Assembly (NCBI GenBank): GCA_016202395.1
Contig: JACQOV010000098.1
Location: 1 to 34,471, forward strand
DNA length: 34,471 bases
Origin: Deltaproteobacteria bacterium
Lineage (GTDB): Bacteria > JACQOV01
Direction of reading: 5' to 3'
This document shows positions 26,901 to 34,471 of the stretch, piece after piece. The translations under genes and the position numbers were made by a program. Within the stretch, counting starts at the first letter, position 1. Every line of letters starts with the position of its first letter. The notes below the pieces were generated by a model that was not told where the DNA came from, made no database searches, and saw nothing but the letters and a program-made list of their open reading frames with translations.

Positions 26901-27190
26901 AGCAATGGGTCAAGAAGGGAAAGATGCAGAACTGGGAAGACCTGAAGGAAGCGATCCATCATGGAGCGGTCCAACGGCTTCGCCCCAAACTCATGACCGT
27001 AGGGGCCCTATTTATGGGGCTATTGCCAATTATGTGGGCCCCCATCCATGAATCGGGAGCCGATATGATGAAACGCATTGCGGCCCCGATGGTCGGCGGT
27101 ATATTGACTTCCTTCATTGGAGAATTATTGGTTTATCCTGCAATTTTTGCAATTTGGAAAGGACGCACATTAAAAAGAAACGTTCCATAA
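23912..27190 (+). CDS. cusA: CusA/SilA Cu(I)/Ag(I) RND efflux pump
   Basis: LDAIPDLSDVQVI, LGPDATGVGW, GAMVDAAI, GSEFMPPLNEGDLLYMP, TDPAPFEMVET, RIDML, RLRPKLMT. Start ATG23912 with SD GGAGG. Confidence 0.96.
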   Translation: MVNKIIEFCSRNRFFTFLFTGMAILGSLYAIRNIPLDAIPDLSDVQVIIFTEWPGRSPDILEDQVTYPIVSAMIAAPKVKVVRGYSFFGLSFVYTIFEDGTDIYWARSRTLELLSKIRGNLPEGVNPALGPDATGVGWVFEYALVDETGQNSLAELRSFQDWYLRYWLQSVPGVAEVASLGGFTKQYQVEIDPNRLLAYNIPLHEVIEAIQSSNNDVGGRVLEMTGTEYMIRGRGYIRSLKDIEEIAVLSDIRGNPIRVKDLAHVQFGSDMRRGAAELNGMGEVVGGVVVMRFGENAYDVIERVKTKLKEVEPSFPKGVKLVTTYDRSGLIERSIHTLQKKLLEEMLVVALVILLFLWHFRSSLVPILSLPIAVLLSFIPMYYLGVTSNIMSLGGIAIAIGAMVDAAIILVENAHKRLEEWKEHGEKEPLFDVLLHACQEVGRPIFFSLLVIAVSFMPIFALTGQEGRLFKPLAFTKNFSIFFAALLAITLAPALIQILLRPGKERELRPRWLSKIYNFVVAGKIHKEENHPVSKSLFRIYAPILNWILENRKTVIVIMALMILTIFPLYSRLGSEFMPPLNEGDLLYMPTTLPGISVEEAKKWLQIQDKLIKTFPEVNTVFGKIGQARTATDPAPFEMVETVVQLQPMRQWPKIDHERWYSSWMPDRLKFPFRWIWPEQKRRSWEELVQALNQTLQLPGTSNAWVMPIKTRIDMLTTGIRTPVGIKIFGPDLATIQKIGEHIEGVLPQVEGTRSVFSERVTGGYYLDFKLRRESIARYGLTIGDAEEIIETAIGGMEIATTIEGRERYTVNVRYPRELRSDLNQLRRVLVPLPSGAQIPIGEIADLEITMGPPSLRDENGMLTGWVFIDIFEDRDIGGYVEEAKALISSEVELSAGYYLSWSGQFEYMERAKQRLLVVVPVTLLLIALLLYMNTGSGIKTGIVLLAVPFSLIGAFGILWILGYNVSVAVWVGIIALAGVDAETGVVMLLYLDLAYEQWVKKGKMQNWEDLKEAIHHGAVQRLRPKLMTVGALFMGLLPIMWAPIHESGADMMKRIAAPMVGGILTSFIGELLVYPAIFAIWKGRTLKRNVP

Positions 27191-27201
27191 GGAGGAGATC
27201 C

Positions 27202-27624
27202 ATGAGAAAACTTTTGAGTCTAATGGTAGGACTGTGTCTTTTGGGTGTTACAACCGCTTCATCACAAGACGCTCGCGCTCAGGCGAAGATTTATATCGAC
27301 TATTATCACTCGATCCAACTCACGCCAGAGCAGGAAAAAATCCAGGAAGCGGCTCTATCCTCCATGCCAGCCCCTTGTTGCAGCAATTCCACCGCTGCAA
27401 CTTGTTGCTGCCCGTGCAACCTTGCCAAAAGTGTGTGGGGTTTGTCGGCTTTCCTGATTGCCAAACGCAATTACAATGTCGCGCAAGTAAAAAAGGCAGT
27501 AACAGAATGGCAGGAGCAAGCCAATCCGGAAGGCTACACCGGAGATTCTTGCTACAACGGCCGGTGCAATCACTCTTTTGATGAAAATGGATGCGGTGGC
27601 ATGAATGAAGAAAAGATTTTTTAG
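27202..27624 (+). CDS. Exported Cys-rich hypothetical protein
   Basis: SD AAGGAGG, signal peptide, nine Cys in the mature part: PCC, CCCPC, C-x4-C, GCGG. Confidence 0.8.
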   Translation: MRKLLSLMVGLCLLGVTTASSQDARAQAKIYIDYYHSIQLTPEQEKIQEAALSSMPAPCCSNSTAATCCCPCNLAKSVWGLSAFLIAKRNYNVAQVKKAVTEWQEQANPEGYTGDSCYNGRCNHSFDENGCGGMNEEKIF

Positions 27625-27634
27625 AGGAGGAGAT

Positions 27635-28195
27635 ATGAAAATAAATCCGAGATTTATTTTAGTGGGTATGGTCGTTATCCTTTCTGGAACCCCGTGGATC
27701 TGGGCTCATGAGAAACATCACCACGAGGAAGAAACATCTCCAAAAACAGAGGCGCCTATTCCTCAAGAGGCGCTGAACGCAATTAATCATGATTATCTGG
27801 AGAATGTGCGGCCAATCTTTAAGCAGAAATGTTTCGATTGCCACTCTCAATATACCCACTATCCCTGGTATTACGCCATTCCAGGCCTCCAACAACTTTT
27901 AGATCATGATATGGAGGAAGGGAAAAAGCATCTCGACCTGTCCAACGATTTCCCATTTAAAGGTCATGAAGACACAACCCCTCTCGAAGATTTGGAAGAG
28001 ATTGAAAAAGTGATTCAAAAAAATGAGATGCCGATGTTCCGTTACAAACTCCTCCATTGGAATGCGTGGTGGTCCGATGAAGAAAAGGAAACCGTTTTAA
28101 AATGGCTTCAAGAAAGTCAACAAAAAATCCACCCATGGGCTGGAAATATGAAAAAGGACGAAAATGATACCAGCGAGTCAATCTTGGATCGTTAA
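27635..28195 (+). CDS. Monoheme c-type (Haem_bd-like) periplasmic protein with a His-rich N-terminus
   Basis: CFDCHS heme motif, YPWYYAIP, distal EMP Met, YKLLHW, HEKHHHEEE after the signal peptide. SD GAGGAGG. Confidence 0.85.
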   Translation: MKINPRFILVGMVVILSGTPWIWAHEKHHHEEETSPKTEAPIPQEALNAINHDYLENVRPIFKQKCFDCHSQYTHYPWYYAIPGLQQLLDHDMEEGKKHLDLSNDFPFKGHEDTTPLEDLEEIEKVIQKNEMPMFRYKLLHWNAWWSDEEKETVLKWLQESQQKIHPWAGNMKKDENDTSESILDR

Positions 28196-28261
28196 AAATT
28201 GGGTAACTTTTAGTCTTTTGTCCACCTGAGCCGTCAGTAAACGCGCCGTTCTTTGCTGCCA

Positions 28262-28302
28262 TTGACAATTATTCTATTATTGAATATTCTATAATAGAAT
28301 AT
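28262..28302 (+). promoter_or_regulatory. Sigma70 promoter overlapped by tandem operator palindromes
   Basis: TTGACA-N17-TATTCT. Palindromes TATTCTATTATTGAATA (28270-28286) and ATATTCTAT-A-ATAGAATAT (28284-28302) abut the ATG at 28303. Confidence 0.75.
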
Positions 28303-28914
28303 ATGAAGAGAGGCCAAAACAACTTGATTAAAAAGGCTTTTTTAGCTAGACTTTGCCAAAGCCGGGGTCGATACACACAGGAAGAGGTCGCTTCTGCGGT
28401 GGGGATATCTCAATCCGTCCTCTCCAAGATGGAGCGAGGTTACCGGGAACTGACAGCCATGGAACTCAAAAAACTGGCCGATTTTTATCAGAAACCGCTC
28501 TCCTTCTTTTTCGGAGATAAAGAACCCTCGGTGCAAGAAAAAACAGATACAAAAAATCTTCAATATCCTGTTCCAGTCACTTTGGACATTCTCCAAAAGA
28601 TGGCTCATGAGATCGCGACCACTTTTAATCCTGAAAAGATTATCCTTTTTGGATCACGTGCCTGGGGAAAGCCTCATCGAGATAGCGATGTCGATCTGTT
28701 GGTGATGACAAAGGCGTTGAGTCCTTTAAGGCCCGCTCAGAGGCGACGGATTGTGAAAGCAATCTGTCAGCCGCCACTCGTGCCGGTCGATATTCTGGTA
28801 AATACCCCCGAGGAAGTCCATCAAAGAATAGAGAACGGCGATCTATTCTTCAACAAAATCTTAACGGAAGGAAAGGTCCTCTATGAACTCCCCCATCGTG
28901 AACGAATGGGTTAA
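28303..28914 (+). CDS. XRE-HTH / minimal nucleotidyltransferase (MNT) fusion, putative antitoxin
   Basis: TQEEVASAVGISQSVLSKMERG helix-turn-helix, then ILFGSRAWGKPHRDSDVDLLV (GS-x10-DxD). Confidence 0.9.
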   Translation: MKRGQNNLIKKAFLARLCQSRGRYTQEEVASAVGISQSVLSKMERGYRELTAMELKKLADFYQKPLSFFFGDKEPSVQEKTDTKNLQYPVPVTLDILQKMAHEIATTFNPEKIILFGSRAWGKPHRDSDVDLLVMTKALSPLRPAQRRRIVKAICQPPLVPVDILVNTPEEVHQRIENGDLFFNKILTEGKVLYELPHRERMG

Positions 28915-29269
28915 AAAGGCTGAGGAGGATCTCAAGGCTTGCCGTATCCTTTCACAAAAAGAGTTAGCAGAGGTCACCGATGTAGTCTGCTTCCATGCGC
29001 AACAATGCGCGGAAAAGTATCTTAAAGCCTTCTTGAATTCTAAAGAGCAAGAAGCGCCGAAGATTCATTCACTGAAAATTTTGATTGAATTGATCGAACC
29101 TCTCGATCCAGAGTTTCGAACTCTCTTTGAAGATGCCAGCCAACTTGAGGAATATGCTGTTGAATTTCGGTATCCCGGAGAAACGGCCATCGAGGAGGAA
29201 GCCCGTGACGCTCTACGAAGAATGGTTATCATCCGAGATTTTATACGAAAAAAACTAGGATTCAAATAG
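28883..29269 (+). CDS. HEPN domain protein
   Basis: [35 protein letters not shown]. Overlaps the MNT gene. Confidence 0.9.
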   Translation: MNSPIVNEWVKKAEEDLKACRILSQKELAEVTDVVCFHAQQCAEKYLKAFLNSKEQEAPKIHSLKILIELIEPLDPEFRTLFEDASQLEEYAVEFRYPGETAIEEEARDALRRMVIIRDFIRKKLGFK

Positions 29270-29277
29270 GAGATGCC

Positions 29278-31626
29278 GTGGCGACGGAAATAACCTCAAA
29301 CACAGCCAAAGATCCCATCTGTGGAATGGAAGTTTCACCAGAGAAGGCCAAAGGGAAGTTCGAGTACGAGGGAAAGATTTACTATTTTTGTAGTCCGAAC
29401 TGCCTAAAGAAATTTCAGGAAGATCCGAGAAAATTCGCTAATCCCCCTCACCCTAGCCCTCTCCCCAAAGGGGAGAGGGAAAGTTCGGGAACCTCTTCAA
29501 AAAATGAAAGGAGGACCTACACCTGCCCGATGCATCCGGAGGTCGCCTCCAATAAACCCGGAAGCTGCCCGAAATGTGGGATGGCGTTGGAGCCCAAAAC
29601 GATCCTCTTGGAAGAAGAGAATCCGGAGCTTCAATCCATGTCGCGCCGATTTTGGATAAGCCTGGTCCTAACGGTCCCGGTCTTTTTGATTGCGATGTCG
29701 GAGATGATTCCAGGCAAACCGATCCAGAAGATCTTAACACCCAAAACTCTCGGCTGGATTCAATTCGCGCTCTCCACTCCGGTAGTCCTTTGGGGGGCTT
29801 GGCCCTTCTTTGTTCGGGGCTGGCAATCGATCGTCAATCGCAGTCTTAATATGTTTACACTCATCAGCATCGGTGTTTTTGTCGCCTACGCCTATAGTTT
29901 AATGGCCATTTTATTTCCATCGATTTTTCCAGAATCGTTCCGTCATCACGGACACGTGGCGGTCTATTTCGAGGCTGCAGCCGTTATCGTAACGTTGGTT
30001 TTATTGGGTCAGGTGTTAGAGCTTCGAGCCCGATCCCAAACAGGGGCGGCGATCCGAGCGCTTCTGGGACTCGCTCCAAAGATGGCGCGACGCATCGAAA
30101 AAGATGGGACTGAGAAAGATGTCCCTCTGGATCAAGTTCAAGTCGGAGACAAGCTCCGAGTTCGCCCCGGAGAAAAAGTCCCTGTGGATGGAACGGTGAT
30201 CGAAGGGATCAGCTCCATCGACGAATCGATGATCACGGGAGAGCCGATTCCGGTCGAAAAAAGCCCCGGCGATAAAGTCGTCGGAGCCACCCTCAATGAA
30301 ACCGGAACATTGATAATCCAAGCGCAAAAAATCGGAGCCGACACTCTTCTTTCACAAATCGTCAAAATGGTGGCGGAGGCGCAAAGAAGCCGCGCCCCCA
30401 TCCAAAAATTAGCCGATGTGGTGGCAGGTTACTTTGTTCCCGCGGTCGTTCTCGTAGCCGTTTTCAGTTTCATCGCATGGACACTTTGGGGACCTGAGCC
30501 TCGAATGGCTTATGCCTTAATTAATGCTGTCGCTGTTTTAATCATTGCCTGCCCTTGCGCCTTGGGTCTGGCAACACCAATGTCGATCAGGGTTGCAACC
30601 GGGAAAGGGGCTACACTGGGAGTTCTTTTCAAAAACGCCGAGGCCATAGAAACTCTGAGAAAAATGGACACCCTCGTGGTCGATAAAACGGGAACTCTCA
30701 CCGTAGGAAAACCAAAACTGGTTTCTGTCAAACCTCTGCGAGATGCAGTGGAACAGGATCTGCTTCGTTACGCCGCAACATTAGAGAAAGGGAGCGAACA
30801 CCCCCTGGCTACGGCTATCGTAGACGGGGCTTTGGAACGAAGACTCTCTCTGGGGAAAGTCGAAAATTTCAAATCGATGACAGGGAAAGGGGTGGAAGGG
30901 ATCGTCGAAGGGCGTTCGATCGCCCTGGGGAACGCCGCGCTCCTGAAAGATTTGAAGATCGACCTTCGAGGAATCCACGAAGAGGTTGAACGGCTTCGAT
31001 CGGAGGGACAAACCGTGATGTTCGTGGCCATCGATGGGAAACTTTCCGGTCTCCTCAGTGTTGCCGACCCCATTAAAGAAACCACTCTTCAAGCGCTTGA
31101 ATCTCTCCATCGAGAAGGGATTCAAGTGGTGATGCTCACGGGGGATAACAAAACCACCGCGCAGGCCGTAGCGAATCGACTGGGAATCGATGAAGTGATT
31201 CCCGAGGTTCTTCCCCATCAAAAAGCGGAAAAGATTAAAGAGCTGCAAAAGCACGGAAAATTCGTGGCGATGGCGGGCGATGGAATTAACGACGCCCCAG
31301 CGCTGGCTCAAGCCGATGTTGGAATTGCGATGGGAACGGGAACCGATGTGGCCATTCAAAGCGCCGGCGTCACGTTGCTCAAAGGAGACCTTCGCGGCAT
31401 CGTTCGAGCACGACGCCTGAGCGAGGCCACAATGCGAAATATTCGACTCAATCTTTTCTGGGCTTTCTTCTACAATGCCGTGGGCGTGCCAGTGGCCGCC
31501 GGAATTCTTTACCCCTTCTTTGGAATTCTTTTAAGCCCCATGATCGCCGCCGCCGCCATGAGCTTGAGTTCCGTTTCCGTCCTCTGGAACTCCCTGCGCC
31601 TACGAAAGCTAACCCTTTCAGCCTAA
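29278..31626 (+). CDS. copA: Cu(I)-translocating P1B-type ATPase with YHS and heavy-metal-binding domains
   Basis: DPICGM...YFCS (YHS), YTCPMHP, TGEP, CPCALG, DKTGT, SEHP, GDGIND, YN, MSLSS. Confidence 0.95.
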   Translation: MATEITSNTAKDPICGMEVSPEKAKGKFEYEGKIYYFCSPNCLKKFQEDPRKFANPPHPSPLPKGERESSGTSSKNERRTYTCPMHPEVASNKPGSCPKCGMALEPKTILLEEENPELQSMSRRFWISLVLTVPVFLIAMSEMIPGKPIQKILTPKTLGWIQFALSTPVVLWGAWPFFVRGWQSIVNRSLNMFTLISIGVFVAYAYSLMAILFPSIFPESFRHHGHVAVYFEAAAVIVTLVLLGQVLELRARSQTGAAIRALLGLAPKMARRIEKDGTEKDVPLDQVQVGDKLRVRPGEKVPVDGTVIEGISSIDESMITGEPIPVEKSPGDKVVGATLNETGTLIIQAQKIGADTLLSQIVKMVAEAQRSRAPIQKLADVVAGYFVPAVVLVAVFSFIAWTLWGPEPRMAYALINAVAVLIIACPCALGLATPMSIRVATGKGATLGVLFKNAEAIETLRKMDTLVVDKTGTLTVGKPKLVSVKPLRDAVEQDLLRYAATLEKGSEHPLATAIVDGALERRLSLGKVENFKSMTGKGVEGIVEGRSIALGNAALLKDLKIDLRGIHEEVERLRSEGQTVMFVAIDGKLSGLLSVADPIKETTLQALESLHREGIQVVMLTGDNKTTAQAVANRLGIDEVIPEVLPHQKAEKIKELQKHGKFVAMAGDGINDAPALAQADVGIAMGTGTDVAIQSAGVTLLKGDLRGIVRARRLSEATMRNIRLNLFWAFFYNAVGVPVAAGILYPFFGILLSPMIAAAAMSLSSVSVLWNSLRLRKLTLSA
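29443..29481 (+). repeat. BoxC-like palindromic repeat inside copA
   Basis: CCCCCTCACCCTAG followed by the hairpin CCCTCTCCCC-AAA-GGGGAGAGGG (29457-29479). Translated as [13 protein letters not shown]. Confidence 0.8.
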
Positions 31627-31839
31627 GAAGCCTAAGATTCAATGAACAATGGCCCCGTCCACTTCTGCTCATGGCTGACACATCGAGTCTAACTTGCCCA
31701 TTAGGAGGGCTTTTTAGGATAAAAGTGGCTGTATTTTCTTGAATCGGAAGGTGGAAGAAGGTGTTTTTAAAAAATATGCGTTCTCTCTTTGAATGAACAA
31801 ACCATTGTTCATAGACTCAAGACCGGGAGAAGCATAGCC

Positions 31840-34401
31840 ATGAGGAAATATCTTTTGGGGTTCATTGGGATTCTAGGAATCCTGAATTGTAGTCGCGAAA
31901 GTTCATCTTCATTCATTCCACCTGAAGAGGCCTCTCCACCTGAAGTTGGAGAAACAGAGACTCCACTTGAAGGAGTTTGCCCTCAGAAGGATGTCATCCA
32001 GAGAACCGCTCAGGAAGGGCCGATCCCTTCCTCGATTCCTCGAACTTACGCAAAATCATGCCCCAAACAGTTCTTGGATGGAGAAGAGGATTCCCCTGAC
32101 ATCTATATCCAGGCTTGTCATGCCTCCCTCGTCGAATGTGACAGCGCCGAAACAGCGCTCGACTGCGGGAAACGGGCTCTGGAACGGGGGGATTGGGAAA
32201 CGGCTCTCGAACAATTCTCCACCAGCGAAGCGATCGAAAACAACCGATGCCAGTCCACCTATGGACGCTATCTGGCAAGGCTGTTCCGCAACTACACCCA
32301 TTTTAATCACCTCTTCTTCGACGACGTCATTGAACCCTCTTTCAATCGTCACAAGAGTTTGCGCGCCCTTTACATTCCTTTGACAACATGGGGGCACACC
32401 TATCACAGTCACTTCGACTGCCTCTACAGGGACTCGTATCTGGATGCCACCTCGCAGCAAACGGAATTCGAGAAAGATCTTGAAGAGATCTGGAAAAACG
32501 ATTGCACGCTTCGGGCAACCGATGGAGGCCCTCTTCCAATCCGTTACACCCAGGGAAAGTGCGGAGATCCTCTTCTTGATTTGGTTTTCGTGGGCGTGTG
32601 GGACAAGGTCGACGCTTTTTTCGCCGCCTATATGGCCCCCGGCAGCCCCTACATTACCCTGCGATCCACCGTAGCCAATCTCTACAAAGGCCCCAACACA
32701 GAGCCCTGTCTTCTGGATTCCGGGGTGTGCAGCCCTCTTTTCGTGGAATCAACCGATGGGTCCCCTTTAGAAATTCCACGTCTCCCTCTCGATGTTGAAA
32801 ACTTTTTAGAGCTCAACTTTCAAAGCCTAAAAGAGATGGATAATCCCAACCGAAATCCCAACACCGTCTTTTATTATCGCGACTCCGACAACGATGGAAA
32901 GCAAAGTTATGGAGACGGAGCCTTCGTGCGCTCTTGCGATTTCAACACGGGAGAATCAACCCTCGACTATTCCAATACCACCGTCGGCTCTCTGTGGAAA
33001 TACCGACAGGCCACTCCGCCAAAAAATCCTTCAAAGCGTCAGACCGAAATATACTGCGGCCCTTTCGAAAACGAGGGGAAAGAGTGCCCTCTTTTCGAAG
33101 GAGAAGTAGTTCTCGACGCATTCCCCCCCTTTCCTGTGCCCAATGAATACAACCTCTCTCCCGATGGCACAAAAGTGGCCTTCCTGCTTGAGATCGGAGG
33201 GGGATTCCATCAAGTCTATGTTACAGACAAGGCCGGCGAAGGGATCGTGCGAGCCACGGATAAACAAATGGGGGAACGACCGCCGCTTTGCAACGGTCAA
33301 GAGTCTCTGGACAAATGCTGTATCACTTGTAAAACGTGGCCTCAGGGATTTCAGATTGGGATCTTTGACAATCAACCGAATATGGGTCTTCTTCCTCAAT
33401 GGATCAAAGGCCCCGACGGCGAACCGGTGGGCCTCTTTTTTCAAGTCAATGAGCACCCTTCTTCATGGGGATGGCAAGGACAAGGACAGGCCATCCAATT
33501 CTACGCCATTCGACTCGATGGCACAGGGGCCTCCCCTCTTCTCCCCAAAGAAACTCCCCCCGGCGCTTGGGGCTTCCAGGCCCACCTCTCTCCGGATGGG
33601 AAACAGATCTTTTGGACAGGCAGTTGGAATCCAGAATCGTTGAAACTCATCGTGGACACCCTTCTCTTTGCCGATCTCATCTATGAAGAAGAATCCAATC
33701 CCCCCTTCCGGATGGAAAAAATTCGTTTCGCTCTTCCGGGCCTTGATCATGGATTCTACGAAGCCAATGGGGTCTCACCAGAATGGCCCGAGGACAAGAG
33801 TCTCCTTTTCACAGGGGGAGGATTTTCGAAGCAATCCTTGCGCCTTTTTATGGGAACTTTCAACGAAAAAGGAGTTCTTGATAATTTTATTAAACTCAAC
33901 TGGCCTGGAGAGAGTTCTTCAGAACCGTTCGTGGTGGATAATCATCCCGCATGGTACGAACATTCAAAATTACTCGACAAGGGGCAACAGGTGTTCTTCC
34001 TCAGCACCCAAGGAAATCCCGCTTTTTCGGATGGGGCCAATCATTTTTCAGAACGCATCGATCACCTGTTAAAATTTCCTCCATTTTATGACGGTTTTTA
34101 TAGCTCTCTTTCCACCGCAGAAATGCGTTTCTTCTCCATGCCAGGGTACTACACCGAAGATTTCACCCCTTATTATATCCGCTACTGGATCTCTAATATT
34201 GATGGAACAGACCTAGAGCTCGTCACCGGCTCCGAGCCTGAAAAGAACGGCTGGGTCACACACAGTGTGGGTGTTCAAAACGGGGCGATCTACTTTGTTC
34301 AAAGCAAAGACACGCATAAAAATTCATACTGTCGAACGGCTTGGTCTAAAAATAAGTGCGAGCGTCGATACGGTGTAGTGCGTTTCGCAACCAATCCCTA
34401 G
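31840..34401 (+). CDS. Large Cys-rich lipoprotein with a C-terminal TolB/PD40-like beta-propeller
   Basis: Lipobox ILNC after ATG31840 (SD GGGAG), TPR-like helix GKRALERGDWETALEQF, DSDNDG loop, repeats LSPDGTKVAF and LSPDGKQIFW. Confidence 0.75.
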   Translation: MRKYLLGFIGILGILNCSRESSSSFIPPEEASPPEVGETETPLEGVCPQKDVIQRTAQEGPIPSSIPRTYAKSCPKQFLDGEEDSPDIYIQACHASLVECDSAETALDCGKRALERGDWETALEQFSTSEAIENNRCQSTYGRYLARLFRNYTHFNHLFFDDVIEPSFNRHKSLRALYIPLTTWGHTYHSHFDCLYRDSYLDATSQQTEFEKDLEEIWKNDCTLRATDGGPLPIRYTQGKCGDPLLDLVFVGVWDKVDAFFAAYMAPGSPYITLRSTVANLYKGPNTEPCLLDSGVCSPLFVESTDGSPLEIPRLPLDVENFLELNFQSLKEMDNPNRNPNTVFYYRDSDNDGKQSYGDGAFVRSCDFNTGESTLDYSNTTVGSLWKYRQATPPKNPSKRQTEIYCGPFENEGKECPLFEGEVVLDAFPPFPVPNEYNLSPDGTKVAFLLEIGGGFHQVYVTDKAGEGIVRATDKQMGERPPLCNGQESLDKCCITCKTWPQGFQIGIFDNQPNMGLLPQWIKGPDGEPVGLFFQVNEHPSSWGWQGQGQAIQFYAIRLDGTGASPLLPKETPPGAWGFQAHLSPDGKQIFWTGSWNPESLKLIVDTLLFADLIYEEESNPPFRMEKIRFALPGLDHGFYEANGVSPEWPEDKSLLFTGGGFSKQSLRLFMGTFNEKGVLDNFIKLNWPGESSSEPFVVDNHPAWYEHSKLLDKGQQVFFLSTQGNPAFSDGANHFSERIDHLLKFPPFYDGFYSSLSTAEMRFFSMPGYYTEDFTPYYIRYWISNIDGTDLELVTGSEPEKNGWVTHSVGVQNGAIYFVQSKDTHKNSYCRTAWSKNKCERRYGVVRFATNP

Positions 34402-34471
34402 CCTAACCCCGTTCTATTCAACACACTAGATCTCCTGAAGAGGTTGAGATACATCGGTAACAGTGGGAGTA

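Noticed and set aside
30589-30591. CopA ATPMSIRV where ATPMSIMV is usual (AGG versus ATG)
   Set aside because: Not a known essential residue, all catalytic and metal ligand motifs are intact, and it may be a variant or a base-call error.
31696-31716. Terminator after copA (GCCC...GGGC-TTTTT)
   Set aside because: Stem of only about 4 bp, too weak to call.
1-34471. Apparent abundance of GATC/ATCGAT/CGATCG words, and many overlapping antisense ORFs
   Set aside because: Word enrichment needs an observed/expected count that I cannot run. The antisense ORFs shadow well-supported genes and lack motifs.

Overview
Bacterial chromosomal window of roughly 50% GC (estimated by eye). Gene content is consistent with a deltaproteobacteria-like lineage (Myxococcota/Bdellovibrionota-type); this is inferred only. 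The left half is mostly housekeeping: cyclophilin, zinc-ribbon membrane protein, FtsX-type ABC permease, DUF1122, cysH, ilvE, glnE, a DEAD-box helicase with an RRM cold-shock partner, and bioF-bioA-bioD behind a BirA-like operator. The middle is accessory envelope genes: a Zn-PLC/HET-C-like surface protein with a beta-barrel, CBS and DMT genes, and two paralogous lipoproteins with a TPR/beta-barrel protein. The right part is a copper island (cusCBA, a Cys-rich protein, a heme protein, copA) carrying two TA-like modules, followed by a large beta-propeller lipoprotein. Strongest unexplained signals: (1) a sigma54 promoter, IHF-like site and tandem 22-bp palindromes driving a ~140-nt structured RNA with mutually exclusive terminator/antiterminator hairpins; (2) a Cys-rich exported leader peptide with a QGPP motif, followed by a perfect 12-bp hairpin that buries the cusC SD and start codon, suggesting ribosome-mediated metal sensing; (3) palindromic elements read in frame inside BioD and CopA; (4) a Walker A K->I change in the helicase. 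No database searches were run, so family assignments come from motif recognition.
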